DNA of 64,000 nt from Gammaproteobacteria bacterium (GCA_965209035.1 OZ242372.1:992001-1056000), one strand, 5' to 3'. Shown: positions 21,019 through 31,930, counted from the stretch's first letter. Made by a program: numbers and translations. The notes: generated by a model not told the origin, from the letters alone.

Positions 21019-22122
21019 TTAGTGGAAAAATTTCTTCAGTTGCTCCGTCCAGCGTGTGCCGCCCGGCGAATGTTTTTTACCGTTCTTCTCCAAACTGGCT
21101 TTCAGTTGCGCGAGAAGTTCTTTTTGTTCGGCATTCAGGTTCACCGGCGTCTCCGTCCGAATTTGACATAACAGGTTGCCGCGCGGCCCTCCTTGCGGAT
21201 CCGGCATCCCTTTGCCGCGCAACCGCAAGACATCCCCGGCTTGCGTCCCGGGCGGCACCTTAACGGAAATCTTGCCGTCCGGCAAGGGCAGCAATACCTT
21301 GCAGCCCAACGCGGCATCCGCCAGATGGACCGGCATCTCACACAACAGGTCCGCCCCATCGTGTTGAAAAATGGGATGGGAGCGAACCCGCACCAACACA
21401 TACAGATCACCGGCACGCCCGCCGCCAAACTCACCCTGACCTTGCATGCGGATTCTGTCGCCGTCATGAATACCCGCGGGGATTTTCACCCGAATCTCTT
21501 TCTCTTGCAAAACAACACCCTTGCCGCCGCAATCGGCGCAGGCTTGTTTAATCCGTTTGCCGCGCCCGCCGCAAGACGGGCAGGGTTGCTGCATACTGAA
21601 CATCCCGCGCTGCACGCGCAGGATACCGCCGCCGCCGCACTTCTCGCAGGTTTTAAACTCCGTCCCGCCCTTGGCGCCGGTTCCCTTGCAGACGGCGCAT
21701 GCCTGTTTAAGGCGGACTCTAAGCGTTTTCGCGACCCCTTTGTATGCCTCCTCAAAACTGACGGTCACGCGTTGGGCAACATCCGCGCCGCCGCGCGTTC
21801 TAGCACCGGACTGTCCGAAAATCTCATCAAAACCATCAAAAATACTGCTTAAATCCGGCCCCTGTGAAAAACCGCCGCCATTGCTGCCACCAAACCCGCC
21901 GAAAGGAGAATCCCCGGCACCCCCTCTGTCGTATTGGGCCCGCTTGTCGGCGTCGCCGAGGATACTGTATGCGTGATTGATTTTTTTCAGGCTGGCTTCC
22001 GCCGTCTTATCGCCGCCGGTCTTATCGGGATGATGTTTCGTTGCCAGTCGGCGATAAGCCTTCTTAATACTGTCGGCATCCGCGCCGCTTTCCACACCAA
22101 GAATAGAATAAAGATCTTCCAT
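21019..22122 (-). CDS. dnaJ: Chaperone DnaJ
   Basis: HPD J-domain, G/F region, four CxxCxGxG repeats. Confidence 0.96.
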   Translation of the reverse strand: MEDLYSILGVESGADADSIKKAYRRLATKHHPDKTGGDKTAEASLKKINHAYSILGDADKRAQYDRGGAGDSPFGGFGGSNGGGFSQGPDLSSIFDGFDEIFGQSGARTRGGADVAQRVTVSFEEAYKGVAKTLRVRLKQACAVCKGTGAKGGTEFKTCEKCGGGGILRVQRGMFSMQQPCPSCGGRGKRIKQACADCGGKGVVLQEKEIRVKIPAGIHDGDRIRMQGQGEFGGGRAGDLYVLVRVRSHPIFQHDGADLLCEMPVHLADAALGCKVLLPLPDGKISVKVPPGTQAGDVLRLRGKGMPDPQGGPRGNLLCQIRTETPVNLNAEQKELLAQLKASLEKNGKKHSPGGTRWTEQLKKFFH

Positions 22123-22158
22123 GTTTAAATATTATAGGGTCAGGCGGACCCCTTCTCA

Positions 22159-22890
22159 TCAATGGGCGGAATACTTGCCGTGCCGATGCAAAACATCGAT
22201 CTTGCCTTTCGCCGCCTTGGCATCTTCGCGATCATGTGTCACCAATATGCACGGCAAGCAGGCTTCGCGAATATGAGAAAAAACAAACCGGCGAAAACGC
22301 AGACGCAGCGAAGCATCCAATTTATTGAACGGCTCGTCCAACAGAACCGCTTTGGGCAGTGCCAGCAGAGTGCGCATCATCGTCACCCGGGCGCGCTGGC
22401 CGCCCGACAGAGTTGCGGGATCACGCTCCCCGAATCCCGCCATGCCAATATGAGCCAGTGCTTCTTTAATTTTTTCTCGTCGATCCCGCCGCCCCCCGGA
22501 ACCCGCCGCCAAACCAAACGCCAAATTCTCGGCAACGGACAAGTGCGGGAACAACAGATCATCTTGAAACAGAATACCAATCCGCCGTTTCTCCGGCGGA
22601 TGACCCGTGATGTCCTCGCCATCCAAAAGAACTCGCCCCTCGGTTTCAAATTCCCGTCCCAGGGTGCCGCAGATAAACCCCAACAGAGTGGATTTTCCGG
22701 TCCCGCTTTCGCCCATTATGGTCAGGGTTTCGCCGCCACGGATACGCAACGACAAGTTTTCTGCCAGAGTTTGGCCGTGAATTCGGATATGCACGCCGCG
22801 CAATTCCAGCGACATTTTTTTGCTTTCCTTCATATGCGCAGACCTTGCCTGTTTCTTGCTTGCAAACTTGGTAACAGCAACGCAATACAA
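22159..22890 (-). CDS. ABC transporter ATP-binding protein, YnjD-like (true start probably ~22815-22833)
   Basis: GESGTGKST, 'LFQDDLLFPHLSV', LSGGQRAR, LLDEPF. Confidence 0.88.
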   Translation of the reverse strand: MYCVAVTKFASKKQARSAHMKESKKMSLELRGVHIRIHGQTLAENLSLRIRGGETLTIMGESGTGKSTLLGFICGTLGREFETEGRVLLDGEDITGHPPEKRRIGILFQDDLLFPHLSVAENLAFGLAAGSGGRRDRREKIKEALAHIGMAGFGERDPATLSGGQRARVTMMRTLLALPKAVLLDEPFNKLDASLRLRFRRFVFSHIREACLPCILVTHDREDAKAAKGKIDVLHRHGKYSAH

Positions 22891-24536
22891 AAAACGACAA
22901 ACGGTATGACAGACTGAAACACTCCCGTCACACCGATAATACGCCGGTCACCGCCCGAAGCCAAATTGACCATTTCCGTGGTCAGAGTCACCACATGCCC
23001 TTTGCCGGGAATGAGGGTAGGCAAGTACTCGTTGATACTCACCGCAAACGCGATGGCAAAGGCGTAAACGAGAGAGCGGAACATAATCGGCAACTTAACC
23101 GCAAACAAAGTGCGCCAGCGCGACGCGCCGAGACACCAACCAATCCGCTCGTAGCGCGCATCCAATCGCCGATAAGACAACCCGATGATCAGGTAAACAT
23201 ACGGCAGGCTGTAAATCCAGTGCGCCCAAAGGACCTTCCAAAATTCGGGTATCCTCAATTTTAGCAACAACACATCAAATCCGAACATAAACACAATCTG
23301 CGGAATGAAAAGGGGGAAGTAAAAACAGAGTGCCGGAATACGGATTTGATGAAGATGCAAGTACTCCAACATTCCGACAATGACGATAACCGCAAACAGC
23401 GAAACAACCGCCGCAATCAAAATACTGTTGAAAATCGGCGCACACAGATAACAGTTAATCCAGTAGGTGGCTTGCCAGCTGTCGGGTATCAGGGCGGGAA
23501 ACCGCCAGATGCCGGCGAAAGACCAGACCAACATCATCAGCAGGCTACCGAATCCAAACAGCACCATGACCGCCAACAACAAAAAAGAAACCGTTTTTTG
23601 TACCAAATGGCGACCGCCGCGCTTCCCGTTAACGACAAGACGCCGATAGATCTTTCCGGCCGGGAATTCCGAAAGCAACCAAAGGAGCGCGACCATGCCT
23701 ACCGAAACCGAAAGAAGGACCCCGCCGGCGGCGGCTGTCATGCGCTGTGTCAAATCATCGCCGCGAAACCACTGTAATAGCCGCACCGCCAAGGGCGGCG
23801 GCGCATTCGGCGCCAAGATCAACGCAATATCCACATTAACCAGCGAAAAAATCAGAATAATAAACAACGGCAGCCGAATGTGCGGATAGACTTGCGGCCA
23901 GATCACTTTCCACCAGGTAGCCAGCGGATGATATCCCAAGGAAGCCGCCACCCGAAGATGGGCGGTCGCGTTCGTGCGCGTCAATGCCCCGTTAATCACA
24001 AACAACAAAAACGGAATCTCCTTAAGACAAAGGAGAAAAATCATCACCAGCCCCCAATGATCCGGCACAGGCGGAAACAGCGGCGGCTGTTGCCAGCCGA
24101 ACAAGGGCGCAAACAAACGCATCAAAAAACCGCTTGGCACCAGCAAAAAAGCCAAACCGGCGGCAAGTGTCAGATGCGGTATGGCAAGCAACGGCGCCAG
24201 GAAATTCTGCAGAGTCTTGTAACGACCCTGCGTATGACAAAAAGCGACAATGAGCATGGACGCTATCAAAGTAATCAGAGTGGATCCCAAGCCGATGACA
24301 AGTGTAAGCCGAACCGATGTCATAAGACCCGGCGCGGACAGCACCGCATGCCAGGCATTCCAACCAAACGCATCAAAGCCCAGAACGGGCAGGTAATCCC
24401 ATGCGGGCAGAATAACGCCGACCATACCGGCAATCAACGGTAGAAAGAAGGCAAACCCCAGCAACCAGAGGCTCCAAGCCGCCGTCAAACCGAACAAGAA
24501 CCCGACAAGAGGGTGACGCTCTGAATGGTTTGTCAA
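22830..24536 (-). CDS. ABC transporter permease, YnjC-like (two TM domains)
   Basis: 'PLLAIPHL..A.GL.FL..PSG', 'KEIPFLL', 'FAVS..EYLPTL..G.G...TLTTE.V..ASGGDRR'. Confidence 0.85.
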   Translation of the reverse strand: MTNHSERHPLVGFLFGLTAAWSLWLLGFAFFLPLIAGMVGVILPAWDYLPVLGFDAFGWNAWHAVLSAPGLMTSVRLTLVIGLGSTLITLIASMLIVAFCHTQGRYKTLQNFLAPLLAIPHLTLAAGLAFLLVPSGFLMRLFAPLFGWQQPPLFPPVPDHWGLVMIFLLCLKEIPFLLFVINGALTRTNATAHLRVAASLGYHPLATWWKVIWPQVYPHIRLPLFIILIFSLVNVDIALILAPNAPPPLAVRLLQWFRGDDLTQRMTAAAGGVLLSVSVGMVALLWLLSEFPAGKIYRRLVVNGKRGGRHLVQKTVSFLLLAVMVLFGFGSLLMMLVWSFAGIWRFPALIPDSWQATYWINCYLCAPIFNSILIAAVVSLFAVIVIVGMLEYLHLHQIRIPALCFYFPLFIPQIVFMFGFDVLLLKLRIPEFWKVLWAHWIYSLPYVYLIIGLSYRRLDARYERIGWCLGASRWRTLFAVKLPIMFRSLVYAFAIAFAVSINEYLPTLIPGKGHVVTLTTEMVNLASGGDRRIIGVTGVFQSVIPFVVFCIALLLPSLQARNRQGLRI

Positions 24537-24771
24537 TGTATCAACCGGTGATTTATGATCATACTTACAAGAGAAAAGAGTTATAACTTTTTATTATAAG
24601 AATGCCCGCCCGGTGTCAATAGAAAGAAATACCCGAACTATTTTGAATATTTTTTGAATATTGCCGCGTTTGCGAAAGAAAAACGACTTGACTTTTAAAG
24701 CTGTGATTGGCAAGATATGGAACTTTTTTCGGTATAAAAATATATCAAAGACGAGCAAAAAACGGCAATTA

Positions 24772-24793
24772 TTTTGTAAATTGGTGTTATAAT
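24772..24793 (+). promoter_or_regulatory. Putative promoter (TTTTGTAAAT-N6-TATAAT, with extended -10 TG) of GLUG lipoprotein 1
   Basis: TGtTATAAT at 24785-24793; motif shared with two paralogous loci. Confidence 0.65.
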
Positions 24794-24853
24794 TAACCTT
24801 ATGGAATTTTTTTCTCAATTCAAAATTAACAACTATTAACTATTAAATCAGCC

Positions 24854-27800
24854 GTGATGCATAAGTTTAACTTTTTATCGGTTCGGCCGGCTTATTTTTT
24901 GACAAGCATGTTGGCTTTGCTTCTTGCCGGTTGTGCCGTCGGCGGTGGCAGCTCCGGTGTAGCGGACAGCTGCTCGTTTATCAACAATTCGACACAAAAT
25001 GATAACGATCTGGATGGGTTCACAGATTCTTGTGATGTGGATGACAATAATAACGGCCTGATAGAAATCCGCACTTTGGATGACTTGGCGCGGCTGCGCG
25101 ATGACCTAGATGGTAATGGGACAGACGATGGCAATATTGACGAGATTACCGCCGTGGGTTCCATTGGTTGCCCGCCTGCCGGTTGTGTCGGTTATGAGTT
25201 AACCCGCTCGTTGAATTTTAGCCTGGCCGCATCTTACAAGGAGAACAGCGGCAACCGCGCTGTTTGGACGAGTGGCAGTGGTTGGCAGCCGATCGGCTCC
25301 TGTTCCGGTCCGGATAATTGCACCGCTTGGACGGGTGTGTTTGATGGCGGGGGTTATACTCTTACCGGTCTGTTTGTCTCTGCGGATAATCGCACTTTCG
25401 GTGTGGGCTTGTTTGGTGCGTTCGCCGGTCGTCTTCAAAATCTGCATCTCCGGGATGCGAGCGTCAATGGCGGTGCCCTTTATGTGGGCTCGCTGGCAGG
25501 CTATGGCGGGAATGCCGGTTATGAGTATCTGTCGGTTACGGCTAGCCGTGTAATGAGCCCGTCGGCCGGCTATGTGGGCGGACTGATTGGGGACGGTCGC
25601 AATGCGAATATTCGCTATGCGAATGTATCCGGCACGGATGTTGCCGGGGATTCTGATGTTGGCGGCCTGGTTGGATTGGGTTACGCGGCGGACATTCGCT
25701 ATGCTCGTACTTCCGGCGGAAGTGTTGCGGGAAATCGCAGCCGGGTTGGCGGACTGGTCGGGGTTGGTCTGGATGCGGATATTCGCGATGCTTATGTGTC
25801 CGGCACAAATGTTTCCGGGAGGAATGAGGTTGGCGGCCTGGTCGGGGTTGGAGAGGAGGCGGATATTCGCAATGCTTATGTGTCCGGCACAGATGTTGCC
25901 GGGAGGAATGATGTTGGCGGCCTGGTCGGGGTTGGTCGGGAGGCAGATATTCGCAATGCTTATGCCTACGGCGGAAGCGTTACCGGAAATCGCAGGGTTG
26001 GCGGCCTGGTCGGGCACGGGTCCCTTGCGACTATTCGTTATTCCTATGCGGCCACCGGTCCTGTTTCCGCTAACCGCAGTGGCGGTGGCTTGATTGGTTC
26101 CGTCTATCTCGGGGCACCCGCAGTCACAGATTCCTATTGGGATAATCAAACCACCGGGCAGCCGTCCGGCGGCGTCGGCAGTGGCAGCGGGCAAACCACT
26201 TTTCAACTACAGTACCCGACCGGGTTCACCGGCATTTACGAGTCCTGGGGCAATCTTTGGTGCAACCCGGCCACCGGCGAGCAAAGGACAAATTCTTCCC
26301 AACCGTCCGGATTTGTGCCTGTCTGGGATCTTGGCAGGAATTTCCAATACCCCGTTTTGAACTGCCTTCCCGTCAGTGCGGAACAGCAGCGGCAAAACCA
26401 TGTTCAAGACCCGAACCAAGACCAAGACCTGGATAATATCCCGAATGAGGCGGATGCTTGTCCGACCGGTGTGACCGGCTGGACTTCTACGGGAGACACG
26501 GATGCTGACGGCGATGGTTGTCGTGACAGCGATGAAGATGCATTCCCAACAGACGCATGTGCGAACATCGACACGGATAATGACAACCAACCGGACAGGC
26601 TCGTCGCCGGTTGTGCTACCGACCTAACCGAAGATACGGACGATGACAATGATAGTCTGGCGGATGAGGCGGATGCCTGTCCGGCCGGTGTGACCGGCTG
26701 GAATTCCACGGACAGCAATCTTGATTCCGACGCGGACGGTTGTCGTGACAGCGATGAGGACCGGGATGACGACAATAACGGATTGATGGAAATTGACAAT
26801 TTGGACGAGTTAGCCCTGTTGCGCGATGATCTGCACGGCGAAGGCAGAGACAGTGAGGGTAATCTTGCAACCAGAGGCTGTCCGCAGTCCGGTTGTCTGG
26901 GTTACGAATTGACCCGCTCGCTCGATTTTGAAGAATCGAGTTCCTATGCTACCGGCAGTGCAAATATGGATGCATGGACAATGGACGACCTGGGTGGCTG
27001 GACGCCGATCGGTTCCTGTTCTGCCGGCAGTAGTTCACAGGCTGATGATTGCGTGTCCTATACGGGAATATTTGACGGCAATCACTATGATATTGACCAT
27101 CTTAGAATTTCCGCGGATGATGATACGAACGGAGTCGGTTTGTTTGGTGCTGTGACGGGTACTATTCAAAACTTGGATCTGTTGAATGTGTTTGTCGGCG
27201 GAGGCGCCAATGCTGTTGGTATGCTGGCGGGCTATGGTTCCGGCGCTCGTTTTCAAAATATCAGCGCGACGGGAAGAGTGGATAGCCCCGGGGCACGAAG
27301 CGTCGGCGGGCTGGTTGGTTTTGGGGAAAGGGTGACTATTCGTGATTCCGATGTGTCCGTGTTTAGAAACTCTGTTCTTGGTTCCGGTAGTATCGGCGGG
27401 CTGGTCGGGCATGGATCCTTTGTGACTATTCGTGATTCCCATGTGTCCGGGTCGAACAAAAATACTCGATCTGTTCACGGTCGCGGCAATGCCGGCGGAC
27501 TGATCGGGTTTGGGCCCTCTGCAACAATTCGCGATTCCCGGGTGACCAATGCGGAGATTAGCGGCACCGGAAGTGGCGGCGGACTGATCGGGTATGGGCC
27601 CTTTGCAACGATTCGTGATTCCCGTGTGTCCGACGTGGGTATTAGAGGAGGATTCGTTGGCGGGGGGCTGATCGGGTCCGGGTCCTCTGCGAATATTAGT
27701 TATTCCAATGTATCCGGAGACACCTTCGATCATTCTCGTATATCTTTCAGCAATGATATTGAGGGTGCGATTGCCGGCGGTTTGGTCGGGCTTGGATCCT

Positions 27801-28567
27801 TTGCGACGATTCGCTCTTCTCATGCATCCGCCATTTTATTTATCGGGCGTGATGGTATTGGCGGTTTGGTCGGGCTTGGGACCTCTGCGACGATTCGCTA
27901 TGCTTATGCATCCAACAGCATGATTGGCGTCGGTGATCAAAGAAATTGTGAATGTGAGGTGACTGGCGGACTGATCGGGTACGGTCGACATGCGGATATT
28001 CGCTATGCTTATGTGTCCGGTCTCAATAACTTAGGGAAGATTGATGTCGGCGGACTGGTTGGGTCCGGTCGGAATGTGACGATTCGTTATGCTTATGTGT
28101 CCGGCGGCAGTGTTGAGGGGAGTAATCGTGATGAGGAAGGTAATAGTATTAATGGCAGTGTTGGCGGCCTGGTCGGGGATGGGTCCAACGGTCAAGTGCA
28201 TTATTCTTATGCCGCCGCCGGGCGTGTTTCAGGTGCCCGGAATGCCGGCGGCTTGATAGGCTTTGCCGGCTTTGCCGAGAATCAAACCATCGTCACTAAT
28301 TCTTATTGGGATAATCAAACCACCGAGCAGGCAACCAGTGGCGGTGATCTGGGTAATGGTCAGACCACGACAGAATTACAATCGCCGACTAGTTTCACCG
28401 GCATCTATGCATCTTGGGGTAACTTCTGGTGCAACCCGAATACCGGCGAGGAAAGGACGAGTTCTTCCCGGCCGACCGGCTTCGATCCTGTCTGGGATCT
28501 TGGCAGTAGCACGCAATACCCCGCTCTGAACTGCATGCCGGGCGGCCTCTCGGCACAAGGCAGATAG
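24854..28567 (+). CDS. Large surface lipoprotein with two GLUG-repeat modules and TSP3-like DxDxDG Ca-binding repeats
   Basis: Lipobox LLLAGC; 'DDNNNGLIEI..LD.L..LRDDL' caps twice; many VGGLVG repeats; DxDxDG..D..D.CP repeats; C-terminal YPALNCMPGGLSAQGR. Confidence 0.85.
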   Translation: MMHKFNFLSVRPAYFLTSMLALLLAGCAVGGGSSGVADSCSFINNSTQNDNDLDGFTDSCDVDDNNNGLIEIRTLDDLARLRDDLDGNGTDDGNIDEITAVGSIGCPPAGCVGYELTRSLNFSLAASYKENSGNRAVWTSGSGWQPIGSCSGPDNCTAWTGVFDGGGYTLTGLFVSADNRTFGVGLFGAFAGRLQNLHLRDASVNGGALYVGSLAGYGGNAGYEYLSVTASRVMSPSAGYVGGLIGDGRNANIRYANVSGTDVAGDSDVGGLVGLGYAADIRYARTSGGSVAGNRSRVGGLVGVGLDADIRDAYVSGTNVSGRNEVGGLVGVGEEADIRNAYVSGTDVAGRNDVGGLVGVGREADIRNAYAYGGSVTGNRRVGGLVGHGSLATIRYSYAATGPVSANRSGGGLIGSVYLGAPAVTDSYWDNQTTGQPSGGVGSGSGQTTFQLQYPTGFTGIYESWGNLWCNPATGEQRTNSSQPSGFVPVWDLGRNFQYPVLNCLPVSAEQQRQNHVQDPNQDQDLDNIPNEADACPTGVTGWTSTGDTDADGDGCRDSDEDAFPTDACANIDTDNDNQPDRLVAGCATDLTEDTDDDNDSLADEADACPAGVTGWNSTDSNLDSDADGCRDSDEDRDDDNNGLMEIDNLDELALLRDDLHGEGRDSEGNLATRGCPQSGCLGYELTRSLDFEESSSYATGSANMDAWTMDDLGGWTPIGSCSAGSSSQADDCVSYTGIFDGNHYDIDHLRISADDDTNGVGLFGAVTGTIQNLDLLNVFVGGGANAVGMLAGYGSGARFQNISATGRVDSPGARSVGGLVGFGERVTIRDSDVSVFRNSVLGSGSIGGLVGHGSFVTIRDSHVSGSNKNTRSVHGRGNAGGLIGFGPSATIRDSRVTNAEISGTGSGGGLIGYGPFATIRDSRVSDVGIRGGFVGGGLIGSGSSANISYSNVSGDTFDHSRISFSNDIEGAIAGGLVGLGSFATIRSSHASAILFIGRDGIGGLVGLGTSATIRYAYASNSMIGVGDQRNCECEVTGGLIGYGRHADIRYAYVSGLNNLGKIDVGGLVGSGRNVTIRYAYVSGGSVEGSNRDEEGNSINGSVGGLVGDGSNGQVHYSYAAAGRVSGARNAGGLIGFAGFAENQTIVTNSYWDNQTTEQATSGGDLGNGQTTTELQSPTSFTGIYASWGNFWCNPNTGEERTSSSRPTGFDPVWDLGSSTQYPALNCMPGGLSAQGR

Positions 28568-28638
28568 GCGCAGGTAGGCAGGTAAGTAAGCAACATAGAA
28601 TTTTTATCCATTCAAAATTAACAACAATTAAATAAGCT

Positions 28639-30897
28639 ATGATGATCAATAAGTTTGTTTTTTACCGGTTCGGCCGGCGAGAGGAACATGCAGCCGGCTG
28701 TCACGCCCGGATGTCCAAGTCTAATCCTATTCCAAATACTCGGATCTCGTCCGGCGATGCCATGCGGGTTACCGGGCGATTTATATTGCCGCTAATGGTA
28801 GTCTCCGGTTCTTTGCGGCGACCGAAACGGTTGGCTTCTTTTTACGCTGTTTTGCTGACAGGCATGCTGGCTTTGCTTCTTGCCGGTTGTGGCGGCGGTG
28901 GTGGCGGCAGCGGCGGTGACGGCGGCAGTCCCAAAGTAGCGGATAATTGTCCGACAGTTGACAATCCGGAGCAAGAGGATAACGATACGGATGGGTTCGG
29001 TGATGCCTGTGATGCGGATGACAATAATAACGGCTTGATAGAAATTCGCACTCTGGATGAGTTGGCTCGTCTGCGCGACGATCTGAATGGCGACGGAACA
29101 GATGATGGCAATATTGACGAGATTACTGCCGTAGGTTCTGATGGTTGCCCGAGTTCCGGCTGCTTGGGTTATGAGTTGACCCGCTCGTTGAGTTTTAGTC
29201 TGGCGGCATCTTATGAGGTGAACAGTAGTAATCCGGCTGTCTGGACGAGCGGCGGCGGTTGGGAGCCGATTGGCTTCTGCTCTGTTTTGAATTTTTCCGG
29301 GGATGGTTGCGGCAACATTTACACGGGTGTGTTTGATGGCGGGGGTTATACTATTGCCGATCTGTTTGTCAATGCAAGTGATGATGCGATTGGAGTGGGA
29401 TTGTTTGGCGCGTTCGCAGGTCGTCTGCAAAATCTGCATCTCCGGGATGCGCACGTCAGTGGCGGTGACCGTTATGTGGGATCACTGGTGGGCTATGGCG
29501 CGGATGCCAATTATGAAAATCTGTCGGTTACGGATGGCAAGGTGATTGTGACGAGTTTGCTCTTCTCCTCCTACGGCGTGGGCGGACTGGTCGGCCATGG
29601 CAAGGATGCCCGCTTTGAGAGTGTGTCGGTTATCGGTGGCAATGTGATGAGTCCGTTTGCCAGCGGTGTGGGCGGGCTGGTCGGGGATGGGACCGGATCT
29701 AATATGAGTGATGCTTATGCTTCCGACGGAAATGTTTCCGGCAATAATTTTGTTGGCGGACTGATTGGGGTTGGAGAGGACACCGATATTCGCTATGCTT
29801 ATGCATCCGGCGGAAGTGTTGCCGGGAGTGGTTTTATTGGCGGAACCGGCGGACTGGTCGGGGTTGGTCTCAATGCGACGATTCGCTATGCGAATGTATC
29901 CGGCGTAACCGTTGCCGGGGTTGATCATGTTGGCGGGTTGGTCGGAGATGGGCCGAATGCGGATATTCGCCGGACGAATGTATCCGACGTAATGGTTGCC
30001 GGGGATGATCATGTTGGCGGACTGGTTGGGAACGGGCCGGATGCCAATATGAGTGATGTTCATGCTTTCGGCGGAAGTGTTGAAGGAAGAAATCATAGGG
30101 TTGGCGGACTGGTCGGGTATGGGCGGAATACGACGATTCGCTTTGCTTCCGCATCCAACGGAAGTGTTGCCGGAGATAACGATGTTGGCGGACTGGTTGG
30201 ATATGGTCAGTATGCGGATATTCGCTATGCTTATGCATCCAACGGAAGTGTTGCCGGACTAGGTAATAGGATTGGCGGACTGGTCGGGTTGGGGTCCTAT
30301 GCTAATATTCGCTCCGCCTATGTGTTCGGCACAGATATTTCCGGCACGGCAGATAGCAATGATGTTGGCGGACTGGTTGGGTTTGGTCTCGAGGCGGACA
30401 TTCGCTTTGCTTATGCATCCGGCGGAAGAGTTGCCGGACAACGTAATAGGGTTGGCGGACTGGTTGGATCTATTCGCGAACAGTCTAGCCTGGGACTGAT
30501 CCGGGTCCGGGACCCGGTCCGAGGCGGTCAAATTCATTATTCTTATGCCGCCACCGGGCCTGTTTCAGGTTCCGGTAGGCGTGTTGGCGGCTTGATAGGC
30601 CACACCGATGATCAAACCATCGTCAATGCCACCTATTGGGATACTCAAACCACCGGTCTTTCAACCAGTGACGGTGACTTGGGTCAGGGTAATAGCACGA
30701 CAGAATTACGATCGCCAACCGGCTTCACGGGGATCTATGCACCTTGGAGCAACTTCTGGTGCAACCCCGACACCGGCGAGGAAAGGGAAACTTCTACCCA
30801 ACCGACCGGCTTCGTTCGTATCTGGAGTATTGGCAGTAGTTCTCAATACCCGGCTCTGAACTGCATGCCGGGCGGTCTCTCGGTGCAACGCAGGTAG
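28639..30897 (+). CDS. GLUG-repeat surface lipoprotein, paralogue 2 (long leader; start uncertain)
   Basis: LLLAGC lipobox, Gly linker, DNCP..DNP.Q.D.D.DG.GDACD (TSP3-like), VGGLVG repeats, same C-terminus. Confidence 0.85.
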   Translation: MMINKFVFYRFGRREEHAAGCHARMSKSNPIPNTRISSGDAMRVTGRFILPLMVVSGSLRRPKRLASFYAVLLTGMLALLLAGCGGGGGGSGGDGGSPKVADNCPTVDNPEQEDNDTDGFGDACDADDNNNGLIEIRTLDELARLRDDLNGDGTDDGNIDEITAVGSDGCPSSGCLGYELTRSLSFSLAASYEVNSSNPAVWTSGGGWEPIGFCSVLNFSGDGCGNIYTGVFDGGGYTIADLFVNASDDAIGVGLFGAFAGRLQNLHLRDAHVSGGDRYVGSLVGYGADANYENLSVTDGKVIVTSLLFSSYGVGGLVGHGKDARFESVSVIGGNVMSPFASGVGGLVGDGTGSNMSDAYASDGNVSGNNFVGGLIGVGEDTDIRYAYASGGSVAGSGFIGGTGGLVGVGLNATIRYANVSGVTVAGVDHVGGLVGDGPNADIRRTNVSDVMVAGDDHVGGLVGNGPDANMSDVHAFGGSVEGRNHRVGGLVGYGRNTTIRFASASNGSVAGDNDVGGLVGYGQYADIRYAYASNGSVAGLGNRIGGLVGLGSYANIRSAYVFGTDISGTADSNDVGGLVGFGLEADIRFAYASGGRVAGQRNRVGGLVGSIREQSSLGLIRVRDPVRGGQIHYSYAATGPVSGSGRRVGGLIGHTDDQTIVNATYWDTQTTGLSTSDGDLGQGNSTTELRSPTGFTGIYAPWSNFWCNPDTGEERETSTQPTGFVRIWSIGSSSQYPALNCMPGGLSVQRR

Positions 30898-30993
30898 ACG
30901 CAGGTAGACGCAGGTAAGAGAGAAGGCAAAGCGGGCGAGACGGGGACGGATACGTGGTCGCGCTCGTTCCACTTCAAAAAATCTAAATGTTCT

Positions 30994-31009
30994 TACCGAA
31001 CATAGCGGG
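30994..31009 (+). repeat. 16-bp element TACCGAACATAGCGGG downstream of GLUG paralogue 2
   Basis: Identical copy at 37883-37898, downstream of paralogue 3. Confidence 0.7.
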
Positions 31010-31060
31010 AATGCGATCAAAAAGCAATTCGCGCTGCTTTGGGGGATGTAATTACTGTCT

Positions 31061-31930
31061 TTGGGACATATAATAATTGAAATTATGAATAAATCCAAAC
31101 CTTCCTCGAAGAAACTGCGATTGGGTCGTTTGTTGCCCTTGCTGGCTCTGGTCGGCGGCGGTATCCTGTTCTTCGCTCTGGACGGCCCCTCTTATATCAG
31201 TATTGACATCTTAAGAGAATACAGGCATGACCTGACGGCACGCGTGGAGGAACTGGGTTTTCTTGCGCCGCTGATTTACACTTTTTTGTATGCTCTGGTT
31301 GTCGCCTTTTCTCTGCCTGTGGGTCTGGTATTGACGCTGACCGGCGGCTTCCTGTTTGGCATAGTCACCGGGCTCATCGGCACGGTCGTAGGCGCTACCC
31401 TGGGCGCGACCGCCATCTTTCTGGCGGTGCGGATGGGTTTTGGCCCCGCCGTAGAATCTCAAAATGCCGCCTGGATCAACCGCATGCGCGCAGGCTTTCA
31501 AAAGAATGCCTTAAGTTATATGCTGGTGTTGCGGCTCATTCCGATTTTCCCCTTTGTTCTGGTTAACCTCGCGCCGGCATTATTGGGTGTTTCCCTTCCC
31601 GTCTATTTTTTCGGCACGCTGCTCGGCATCATTCCCGGCAGTTTCGTTTTCATTCTGCTCGGCAACGGCCTCGGGGCAACTTTTGATGCGGGCGGCACTC
31701 CCAATGTGGACCTGATCCTGAATCCGGAAATTCTCGCACCGCTCATCGGCTTGGCCATTCTCGCCCTGGTGCCGGTGGCATACGGAGCACTCACAAAGAA
31801 AAAAACCGCATCAAAAAAACCGCAAGATTCCAAAGTTTCCAAAGAGGCTAAATCCGCCCCCGCCCTCACCGCATCCCGAACAAAACGGCAAAAAACGGCA
31901 GGCCGCCCGAAGTCCGTCCAACGAAAATGA
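31061..31930 (+). CDS. TVP38/TMEM64 (DedA/SNARE-associated) membrane protein (start probably ATG ~31085)
   Basis: 'AFSLP...LTLTGGFLFG', 'GATLGAT..FL', 'LRLIPIFPF.LVN'; Lys-rich tail. Confidence 0.9.
   Translation: MGHIIIEIMNKSKPSSKKLRLGRLLPLLALVGGGILFFALDGPSYISIDILREYRHDLTARVEELGFLAPLIYTFLYALVVAFSLPVGLVLTLTGGFLFGIVTGLIGTVVGATLGATAIFLAVRMGFGPAVESQNAAWINRMRAGFQKNALSYMLVLRLIPIFPFVLVNLAPALLGVSLPVYFFGTLLGIIPGSFVFILLGNGLGATFDAGGTPNVDLILNPEILAPLIGLAILALVPVAYGALTKKKTASKKPQDSKVSKEAKSAPALTASRTKRQKTAGRPKSVQRK

Noticed and set aside
25199-30537. Long antisense ORFs within the lipoprotein genes (and similar shadows in fadE, kef, uvrA)
   Set aside because: Expected shadow frames of repetitive or GC-rich coding sequence.
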